From contig JAEHCQ010000007.1 in NCBI GenBank assembly GCA_020696385.1, positions 32,001-96,000 on the forward strand: a stretch of DNA of 64,000 nucleotides, in the 5' to 3' direction. Within the stretch, counting starts at the first letter, position 1, and each line of letters opens with the position of its first letter. Below are positions 1-7,192 of the stretch, one piece after another. The notes under the pieces were generated by a model. It had not been told where the DNA came from and searched no databases. It saw only the letters and a list, made by a program, of their open reading frames with translations. The translations under genes and the position numbers were made by a program. The DNA is from Methanobacteriota archaeon. GTDB lineage: Archaea; Thermoplasmatota; Thermoplasmata; SG8-5; JAGLSY01.

Positions 1-149
1 GCCCGGAACAGGTTTACACAACATTGGAGAACAGGATGAAGTGCGGTATTGGCAAGTGCGGCAGATGTAATGTTGGCGACAACTATGTCTGCAAGGACGG
101 GCCAGTCTTCACCCAGAAAGAGATATCCGAGATGTTCGACGACCAGTGA
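1..149 (+). CDS. 3' end of an FAD/NAD-binding [2Fe-2S] subunit (sulfhydrogenase gamma / AsrB / HdrF-like), truncated by the window edge
   Basis: The frame starting at nt 3 reads PEQVYTTLENRMKCGIGKCGRCNVGDNYVCKDGPVF...DDQ*. E-x-RM-x-CG-x-G-x-CG-x-C...C-x-DGPVF is the DHODB-type Fe-S motif. Confidence 0.85.
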   Translation, partial: PEQVYTTLENRMKCGIGKCGRCNVGDNYVCKDGPVFTQKEISEMFDDQ

Positions 150-334
150 AGCTTATCCTCGATCAAAGTATGAGTGAGCCATAGCCATTATTGAGCTATA
201 GCTCTAATCTATGGATAAATAGAATAATGTAAAAATAGTTAAAACAAGAATAACAATAAATTATTAAATTTAAAAGTCAGACCATAAACTATATAATCGT
301 GTTCAAACATAATAAGATTAATTCGGTGGGTAAT

Positions 335-787
335 ATGACAGGGGAAGAAGAACAACACGTTAGAAACATGATCGATTATGTAGAAGGTCAGGTAGAGCAT
401 GGAATGAGGATCGGAGCAAATTTGCAGGAAGTAGCAAATATGCTGGCAGGTGCGAAGATGATGCTTGATAGCGGGCTAGTACAAGAGGCCGCTAATATGT
501 CCGAGCTTGCCCTGGAATTGGCCAATTACACCCTGCAACATCACAAATTACTGGTGACCACCATAAAGAAAGGAAGACGAATGGTGGATGAGATCGTCAG
601 TAATGGTGGAGAGGTTAGTGAATATATCAAATTATTATTGAAGGCAGAGGAAGCCCTTGAGAGATCGGAACTCAAGGAAGGGGTGGATTATGCAATGAAA
701 TGCGTCAATTGCCTTGAGCAGTACAGTTCCTCCATGGAGAATAAGCCAGAGAGCCCAAAACCTGATGAGAAGGAATTTATTGTTTAG
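335..787 (+). CDS. Hypothetical helical protein
   Basis: The ORF has an ATG at 335 behind a GGTGG SD-like site. The product is amphipathic-helical with no recognised motif. Confidence 0.6.
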   Translation: MTGEEEQHVRNMIDYVEGQVEHGMRIGANLQEVANMLAGAKMMLDSGLVQEAANMSELALELANYTLQHHKLLVTTIKKGRRMVDEIVSNGGEVSEYIKLLLKAEEALERSELKEGVDYAMKCVNCLEQYSSSMENKPESPKPDEKEFIV

Positions 788-953
788 TCGAGAGATCATA
801 AATAGATTTTTAACCAAAACAGATAAAAACTGCATGGCTATTACATAGCATGTGCCAGTTCTCTTGAGGATTGAAAGTACATAAGGACTGGCCAACAAAA
901 AAGAATACAATAACAATATTGGGCGGCCCACAAAAGAGAAGACAATGACATAA

Positions 954-1027
954 GGACTCATAGGGTAGCTAGGATATCCTGCTGGCCTTCGAAGCCAGCG
1001 ACTGGGGTTCGAATCCCCATGGGTCCG
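954..1027 (+). tRNA. tRNA-Arg (TCG)
   Basis: Acceptor stem GGACTCA/TGGGTCC, anticodon arm CTGGC-CT-TCG-AA-GCCAG and T-arm TGGGG-TTCGAAT-CCCCA. CCA is not encoded and a T-tract follows. Confidence 0.95.
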
Positions 1028-1057
1028 CTTTTTATTTATTTTATAATCAGAGGCAAG

Positions 1058-1270
1058 TGGGGATGAGAACAAAGTTCGATGAATGATTTCTAAGCAAAGC
1101 GAAGAAATCATGAGCAAGACCAAGTTGGCGAAGTCAGATTGGTCGCTGATCCCCATGGGTCCGTTTTTATTTATTTTATATTAGAAGGACCCATGAGTTC
1201 GCATCATTATATTTATATTTATTTTCATATTATCGCGAGCTCCAGGGTCCGCTTTTTAGTTAGTTTTTTA
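1058..1270. repeat. Structured elements ending in copies of the tRNA-Arg 3' end
   Basis: ATCCCCATGGGTCCG plus a T-rich tail recurs at 1149-1180, and GGGTCCGCTTTTTA recurs at 1245-1258. Internal hairpins are present. Confidence 0.8.
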
Positions 1271-1295
1271 TGTCTCTTATTGATTGGTCTATCTC

Positions 1296-1613
1296 ATGGA
1301 CGATCAATGTGATAAGTGCGGTATTTGCTGTAAACTTTTCCTCATTAATTTGAATGAAGAAGAATACAAGTCTGGAAACTATAAAACAATGAATCAGGAC
1401 TTTGGATATATTGATGATTTTGAGGACGCTGAATTCCGTGGTGCTAATATTCTAGAAACAAAAGAAGATGGAAGTTGCACCTATTTGAAAGGAGTGAAAT
1501 GTTCGATCCATAATGATCGACCACAGGTATGTAGAAACTTTTTTTGCAGATCAAAAGATCCTAAATGGAAAGGAATGATCGACACGATCAATGATGCAAA
1601 GAATATAAAGTAA
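1296..1613 (+). CDS. YkgJ-family (CxxCxxCC) Fe-S/Zn cluster protein
   Basis: Motifs CDKCGICC...C-x-YL...CSIHNDRPQVCRNF. Confidence 0.85.
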   Translation: MDDQCDKCGICCKLFLINLNEEEYKSGNYKTMNQDFGYIDDFEDAEFRGANILETKEDGSCTYLKGVKCSIHNDRPQVCRNFFCRSKDPKWKGMIDTINDAKNIK

Positions 1614-1618
1614 GATTG

Positions 1619-1646
1619 AGGCCGAGCTTTATTTCAAGCTCGGCCT
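1619..1646. terminator. Hairpin between convergent genes
   Basis: Perfect 11-bp inverted repeat AGGCCGAGCTT/AAGCTCGGCCT followed by TATTTT. Confidence 0.6.
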
Positions 1647-1664
1647 TATTTTGTTAGAATATAT

Positions 1665-2237
1665 CTACCAGTTTTCGGCCAGCATCTCGAAATACTTCTG
1701 ATCATGTTTGCAAGCTGGACATATTTGAGGGGCTACCTCGGCCTCTGTGATGTAACCGCAGTTGATGCATCTCCAAACTGTTGGCTCGGACTTCTTGAAG
1801 ACTGTACCAGCCTCAATGTTCTTGATGAATCCAAGGTACCTGTCCTCATGCTGCTTCTCTGCAACTGCAATAGCTCTCATGACGGCTGCAACCTCAGGGA
1901 AACCCTCTGCATCCGCAATTTTGGCGAAATCCGGGTACATCTCAGTCCACTCGTGATTCTCACCCGCGGCCGCAGCCTTCAGGTTCTCCACTGTCGTGCC
2001 GATCGAGCCTGCTGGGAATGCTCCTGTGATCTCACACTCTCCACCCTCAAAGAACTTGAACAGCCTCTTGGCGTGTTCCTTCTCCTGGTTCGCGGTCTCC
2101 TCGAAAGCCAGTGATACCTGCACGTATCCTTCTTTCTTGGCCACTGCGGCCCAGAAAGTGTATTTGTTCCTTGCCTGTGACTCACCTGCGAAGGCGGCCA
2201 TTATGTTCTTTTCCGTCTGTGTTCCTTTCAAACCCAT
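1665..2237 (-). CDS. rbr: Rubrerythrin
   Basis: Di-iron motifs [18 protein letters not shown] and EKQH, plus a C-terminal rubredoxin-like WRCINCG...CPAC. Confidence 0.95.
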   Translation of the reverse strand: MGLKGTQTEKNIMAAFAGESQARNKYTFWAAVAKKEGYVQVSLAFEETANQEKEHAKRLFKFFEGGECEITGAFPAGSIGTTVENLKAAAAGENHEWTEMYPDFAKIADAEGFPEVAAVMRAIAVAEKQHEDRYLGFIKNIEAGTVFKKSEPTVWRCINCGYITEAEVAPQICPACKHDQKYFEMLAENW

Positions 2238-2239
2238 GT

Positions 2240-2668
2240 TTATTCCTCCATATCCATTTTTATACTTTTTTCATTAATGTAATCACCAAACTTGACATCC
2301 TCGCCCTTGATATGATTTACAAGCCAGTTCAGAAGATATGTGTTTATGGAGTCTGCCAATGACCCGGTCGCACCCTCATCCTCGAAATCTTCTTCCAACT
2401 GCTTGAGGGCAGTGGTGAACTCAGAGTGCATCTTCTTCTGTTCCTCAAGGCCAGGATAGGCGTATTTGGCCATCTGCTTCTCTTCGTCAGTGAAGTGGAA
2501 ATCTGTGTATTCGTACATGAATTCCAATGATTTCAAAATCTCACTGGCTCCCTGTGATGTCTCGACTGCCTTTGATAATTGAGTCAGTCTTTGTATCAAG
2601 GTCTTGTGCTGTTCATCGACAATATCAATACCCACCGATAGACTATCATCCCATTCTATACATACCAT
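2240..2668 (-). CDS. Bacteriohemerythrin
   Basis: Motifs W...SVG...DEQH, HFTDEE, YP...H and WLVNHI-x3-D. Confidence 0.9.
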   Translation of the reverse strand: MVCIEWDDSLSVGIDIVDEQHKTLIQRLTQLSKAVETSQGASEILKSLEFMYEYTDFHFTDEEKQMAKYAYPGLEEQKKMHSEFTTALKQLEEDFEDEGATGSLADSINTYLLNWLVNHIKGEDVKFGDYINEKSIKMDMEE

Positions 2669-2683
2669 ATTTTTCAACCCCTA

Positions 2684-2866
2684 TTATTCCAGAGTGACAG
2701 CACCTACCGGGCAGCTAGCCTCACATGCTCCACATTCAATACAGGAATCCGAATTGACCACATGGGCCTTTCCATCTTTAATCTCAAACACATTGGGATC
2801 GCCAGGACATACATCAAAGCAGTCTCCAGCTCCCTCACAAACCTTCATATCAACTTTTGGCGGCAT
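2684..2866 (-). CDS. Dicluster ferredoxin, probably [3Fe-4S][4Fe-4S]
   Basis: Motifs CEGAGDCFDVCP and CIECGACEASCP. A GGTGA SD lies before ATG 2866. Confidence 0.9.
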   Translation of the reverse strand: MPPKVDMKVCEGAGDCFDVCPGDPNVFEIKDGKAHVVNSDSCIECGACEASCPVGAVTLE

Positions 2867-2930
2867 TCTATTCACCCTGGGAGTCAAATGAGATTTACCA
2901 TATATACATTATCCCTGTGAATATCAGGCT

Positions 2931-3833
2931 CTAAATGATCAGATCGCTCATTTCAACAAAGGAAACCTCTTCCATATGGTGTGGATAATACCTTTTCTTC
3001 GCCTTTCTAAGACCTGGCATCCCAAGGTCAGATTCACGGTTGATGTACTTGAAATCATTGGCCAATATAATGGCGGCCTCCTGATTGATCAATTGATATA
3101 TTCCATCGAACTCGGGCATTGCTTTCTCATAATGAATGATCACTGTGTCATCATTAATTGCCTCAAATACCGAAATACCCTCGATATTGCCATCGATCCT
3201 CACAATGATGCCTTTTAGATCAAGTTCGAAAAGTTTATCCATTGATACCTTGAGAGCTTCAGCCTCTTCAGCCAGTATAGGATCTCCAGAGCAGTTCTTC
3301 CACTGGCACCATCTTTTCAGGAATTCCATAACTTCCTCAAAATTATTTTCAGATACATCCTTAATCTCATAATCATATCTTCGCTTGAACTTGCTTATCC
3401 TGGATCTTATCTTGGCATAATTACTTCCCTCAAGCTTAGCAAGGTCGGATGCCAAATAGACATAATCAAAATAATCCTCATTGGGTGTGAATTTTATATC
3501 GGGGTAGATCTTGGATATCCATTCGATCTCATCATTCTGAACTGCGACCAATGGTCTTTCTCCACCATGCTCCTTTGCCATCTTGATCATTGTTGCCAGT
3601 ACATCAGGATCTCTTGCGCCATGAGGAAGTCGGAAAAATACATGTCCACCCATCTTGCTCATTGAAAGCAGGTCCTCGCCAACAAAATGATAGTAATAAT
3701 CAGTATGATGTTTCCAGGATATCATTGTGGAAAAGAGCTTCTCGGAATGTGAGACTGGATACTTCGAATAATGCTTATCGAATTCCTTTTTGGAATCCAT
3801 CGTGATATCCTTGAAATCATCCATTGTGAACAT
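2931..3833 (-). CDS. DUF2156 family protein (LPG synthase C-terminal-like, GNAT fold)
   Basis: Motifs DYVY...L..LEG, IHYEKA...GIYQ.IN and YINRESDLG.PGLRKAK..Y.P. Confidence 0.85.
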   Translation of the reverse strand: MFTMDDFKDITMDSKKEFDKHYSKYPVSHSEKLFSTMISWKHHTDYYYHFVGEDLLSMSKMGGHVFFRLPHGARDPDVLATMIKMAKEHGGERPLVAVQNDEIEWISKIYPDIKFTPNEDYFDYVYLASDLAKLEGSNYAKIRSRISKFKRRYDYEIKDVSENNFEEVMEFLKRWCQWKNCSGDPILAEEAEALKVSMDKLFELDLKGIIVRIDGNIEGISVFEAINDDTVIIHYEKAMPEFDGIYQLINQEAAIILANDFKYINRESDLGMPGLRKAKKRYYPHHMEEVSFVEMSDLII

Positions 3834-3836
3834 TCA

Positions 3837-4256
3837 TTAATCTCCTTTGTACAGCATTGGTTCACCATTGAAATTATTGAAACCTATCTTCTCATAAAAT
3901 GGACGCGAACCCTGCTCGGCTATCAGACCGATCCATCCGATACCGTGTTTCTTGAGATGTGCCACCAGTGTATTGATGATAATACTGCCGATACCGAGAT
4001 TTCTAAGATCATCCCGAACAGCCACATCTTGAATATAGGCATCCGAAACACCGTCTGATATCGCTCGTCCCATCCCAACTGCCTTTCCACTGTCGCGGTC
4101 TATGGCGACAGCGAAGGCAAAGCTGCCCTTGATAAGGAGCGGGAGGCCTTCTGGCTCATATTCATCCTTCCACCACCCTCCTGCCTTGTAAAGATCTATT
4201 ATCTCGTCGATTGGCCATGACTTTACCAATTCCACCTGTATATCCTGCTTAACCAT
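3837..4256 (-). CDS. GNAT N-acetyltransferase
   Basis: Motifs VGMGRAISDG...AYIQDVAV..DLRNLGIG and FYEKIGF. Confidence 0.9.
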   Translation of the reverse strand: MVKQDIQVELVKSWPIDEIIDLYKAGGWWKDEYEPEGLPLLIKGSFAFAVAIDRDSGKAVGMGRAISDGVSDAYIQDVAVRDDLRNLGIGSIIINTLVAHLKKHGIGWIGLIAEQGSRPFYEKIGFNNFNGEPMLYKGD

Positions 4257-4274
4257 TCGCACATCACCTATTGA

Positions 4275-4871
4275 TCATTTCAATATATCGTAAAATTCCT
4301 CGATCGGCATGATGGCCAGATGCCTGCCGAGTGATTCAAATATCTCGGAGAATATTTGAAGTTTGTGAGAAGCCTCATGCGCCTCCTTTGATTCCCAGAA
4401 AGTGACAAGGATATACTTCACTGGCTTCACATCAATGTCCCTGAGATCTCCGGGCAGAAAACTGCCAATGGCGGATATTCCATTTACCTTCAAAACCTTC
4501 GAACCAAGAAAACCTTCCATGCTCTCAGTGGCTCTGCAAAGATGCATGGCCTGTCCACGGAAGTTCTTCTCCTCGCCAGGTCTTAATGATATGAAATTAA
4601 GAGCGCATATCATGGACCTGCCTTCTTTCTCAAGATCTGCCTGATCATTAAGAGTGAGTATCTGGGAATCTATACCCAGTTTGACCAATCGTTCCTGGGC
4701 GATCTTCGAGCGATGTTCGGTGTTACATACCAGTAAAATATCCTTACCTTTGAGGAAATCGGTATGAAAATCCAGATCATAATGAGGAATATTAAGAGCT
4801 CCTTTGATATGCTCCTTTACGAATTCCTCTCGCGATCTTACATCGATTATTATCTTTTCTCCATCGGTCAT
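4275..4871 (-). CDS. Rhodanese domain fused to an ABM-fold / sulfur oxygenase reductase-like domain (198 aa)
   Basis: The likely start is ATG 4871, because the longer ORF overlaps the upstream gene. IIDVR..EF...HIKGALNIP and the active loop VCNTEHRS mark a rhodanese. The C-terminal half has PGEEKNF, GFLG, FWES and HEASH. Confidence 0.8.
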   Translation of the reverse strand: MTDGEKIIIDVRSREEFVKEHIKGALNIPHYDLDFHTDFLKGKDILLVCNTEHRSKIAQERLVKLGIDSQILTLNDQADLEKEGRSMICALNFISLRPGEEKNFRGQAMHLCRATESMEGFLGSKVLKVNGISAIGSFLPGDLRDIDVKPVKYILVTFWESKEAHEASHKLQIFSEIFESLGRHLAIMPIEEFYDILK

Positions 4872-4890
4872 AATATCATATCCAACAGGG

Positions 4891-5424
4891 TTACATGAAC
4901 TTCTCGAATCGTTCTTTTGTCGCCTTGCATATCGGGCATACTGGTGGTGGGTCGTCTCTTGCAGCCAGGTAGCCGCATACCTTGCATCTCCACACGGGGT
5001 ATGCGAGGGAAGTTGGTGTCTGGCCTTTTGGCTCATCTCCCATTTCATCTGAGATGGGTATCTGTGCCTTCTCTATCTTCCTTTCTGAATAGGATGGTCT
5101 TCTATCGGGTATTGGCTCGGGCTGTTTTTCACCACGCTTTATCTCATCCGAGACATAAAGCGCGCAATAGCAGGCTCCGAACTCATTGAGGTCACCATCA
5201 CGATAATCGCAGGGACAGATGATATCCAGATCATCCATTTTATTCCCATCAGCCAGTCTACATGGGCATGCCCAGTAACCGTATGTTTCCTCATTGGTCA
5301 GCAAGCCCTCAATGAGCTCCTTCACGAATTCCGTATCTGGGCTGAGGTGATAACCGAACTTTTCGGCATCCGAATCCAGCCTCTTGAATGTACTTTCTAT
5401 CTTTTCTTGAGGAATATCACTCAT
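4891..5424 (-). CDS. Ferredoxin:thioredoxin/disulfide reductase catalytic subunit with a C-terminal rubredoxin-like domain (FDR-like)
   Basis: CPC...CPC...CYC motifs plus WRCKVCG...CPIC. The start at 5424 overlaps the glutaredoxin stop (ATGA). Confidence 0.9.
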   Translation of the reverse strand: MSDIPQEKIESTFKRLDSDAEKFGYHLSPDTEFVKELIEGLLTNEETYGYWACPCRLADGNKMDDLDIICPCDYRDGDLNEFGACYCALYVSDEIKRGEKQPEPIPDRRPSYSERKIEKAQIPISDEMGDEPKGQTPTSLAYPVWRCKVCGYLAARDDPPPVCPICKATKERFEKFM

Positions 5425-5696
5425 ACGCCAAGGGCCTCCTTGATCTCTTTCTCTTTGAAGCCCACTATGCATATCTCGTCCCTGATGACCAGTGTTGGAA
5501 ATGAGGTGCGCTCATTCCACTTTGCCACTTCCTTGATACATGCCTCGCGAGCTTCTCCAGCCAGCTTGTCCACGAACTCAACTTCATAGGCAACACCTAG
5601 TTCATTCAGTAAATTCTTTGTCTTCTTGCACCAGCCACATGTGCTGAGCGCGTACAATACTACTTTCCCCTTGTCTGTTCCATCAACATGTTCCAT
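5421..5696 (-). CDS. Glutaredoxin-like protein (methanoredoxin/NrdH type)
   Basis: Motifs YALSTCGWCKK, SFPT and IVGF. A GGAGTG SD lies before ATG 5696. Confidence 0.9.
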   Translation of the reverse strand: MEHVDGTDKGKVVLYALSTCGWCKKTKNLLNELGVAYEVEFVDKLAGEAREACIKEVAKWNERTSFPTLVIRDEICIVGFKEKEIKEALGV

Positions 5697-5962
5697 GATC
5701 ATCACTCCAGATTCTATGATATTCAATAGTTAAAGATAATTCATGTATATATTTACGACCCCTGTGAACGATCGGGTTCTGACCCGGATGTTCACATTCA
5801 AGGCCATAAGACCAAATTCGCGGAGTTAAAATCTCCGCGTTTAGTTGAATTATCATTTATGGTCTTACGGCATCCGACTACCACTCACATCGATCGGACT
5901 TCAAGCTTGAATGTTCACATTTAAGAACATGAAATCACATCAGGGTCCAATAGGGGATAATT

Positions 5963-7162
5963 ATGTCGGATATTTATCAAGAAAGCCTGCAGATGCACAA
6001 GGAAAAAAAAGGAAAGCTGGAAATTCGCTCCAAAGTGGAGATCAAGACAAAGCATGACCTTAGTCTGGCATACACTCCCGGAGTGGCAGAAGTATGCAGG
6101 GAGATCGCCAAGGACAAGATGAAAGCCTACGATTACACCATCAAGGGCAATACAGTGGCCATCGTGAGTGATGGATCAGCTGTTCTGGGCCTGGGAAATA
6201 TCGGAGGATACGGCGCCATTCCTGTCATGGAAGGCAAAGCCATTCTTTTCAAGGAATTCGCAGGCATTGATGCATTTCCCATTTGTTTTGAGAGCTATGA
6301 TGTGGACTTTGCCCAGGACATCAAGAATATTTCGCCAGTCTTCGGAGCGATAAACCTCGAAGACATCGCGGCTCCCAAATGCTTCGAGCTTGAGGAGAAG
6401 CTCCAGCATATCGGAATACCAGTTATGCACGATGACCAGCACGGGACTGCTGTGGTCGTGATGGCCGCACTTCTTAATGCGACCAAAATTACAGGACGAT
6501 CTCTAAAGGATATGAGATTGGTCATCAGCGGTGCTGGAGCGGCTGGCTATGCGATCATGAAATTCATTTGTAAAATGGGCGCGGATCCAGAGGATATCCT
6601 GGAGGATGTGAAAGATATCTTTGTCTGTGACAGCAAAGGCATTATCCACATTGATAGACCAGACATTCAGAATAATAAGTACAAGGTGGACATCGCGACA
6701 AGGACCAACAAAGAGGGTAGAACAGGAAGTCTGGCCGATGCTCTGAAAGGCGCGGATGTTTTCATAGGAGTCAGCGCTCCGGGCATCGTGACACAGGAAA
6801 TGGTCAGATCCATGAGTCCAGAACCGATGATATTCGGACTGGCAAATCCCGAACCCGAGATAATGCCAGACCTGGCTCATGAAGCTGGAGCCAGGATAGT
6901 GGCGACCGGCCGTAGTGACTTCCCCAATCAGATCAACAATGTACTGGCCTTCCCCGGAATATTCAGAGGAGCATTGGACGCTCACGCGACCGTGATAAAC
7001 GACCCTATGAAAATGGCGGCCTCCAGGGCACTGGCCGCTTACCTCGATGAGCCTACAGAGAGAGAGATCCTTCCCAATGTGCTTGACAAGGAAGTGACCA
7101 GGAAAGTGGCCGAGGCAGTTCGCCAGTCGGCCATTGACACAGGAGTATCTGGTAAGTACTGA
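5963..7162 (+). CDS. NAD(P)-dependent malic enzyme
   Basis: Motifs LSLAYTPGVA, VMEGKA, NLEDI, HDDQHGT, GAGAAG, ANPEPE and GRSDFPNQINN. Confidence 0.95.
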   Translation: MSDIYQESLQMHKEKKGKLEIRSKVEIKTKHDLSLAYTPGVAEVCREIAKDKMKAYDYTIKGNTVAIVSDGSAVLGLGNIGGYGAIPVMEGKAILFKEFAGIDAFPICFESYDVDFAQDIKNISPVFGAINLEDIAAPKCFELEEKLQHIGIPVMHDDQHGTAVVVMAALLNATKITGRSLKDMRLVISGAGAAGYAIMKFICKMGADPEDILEDVKDIFVCDSKGIIHIDRPDIQNNKYKVDIATRTNKEGRTGSLADALKGADVFIGVSAPGIVTQEMVRSMSPEPMIFGLANPEPEIMPDLAHEAGARIVATGRSDFPNQINNVLAFPGIFRGALDAHATVINDPMKMAASRALAAYLDEPTEREILPNVLDKEVTRKVAEAVRQSAIDTGVSGKY

Positions 7163-7192
7163 GAACTATCTGGTTAGACTTCCAGATAGTTC
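7163..7192. terminator. Hairpin between convergent genes
   Basis: Perfect 11-bp inverted repeat GAACTATCTGG/CCAGATAGTTC. Confidence 0.6.

Noticed and set aside
1027-1613. Intact integrative element at tRNA-Arg
   Set aside because: The att-like duplications are only about 140 and 225 bp from the tRNA end and enclose no integrase or cargo gene.
4872-5048. 59-aa N-terminal extension of the rhodanese fusion
   Set aside because: It overlaps the FTR-like gene in another frame. The rhodanese domain begins at Met 4871.
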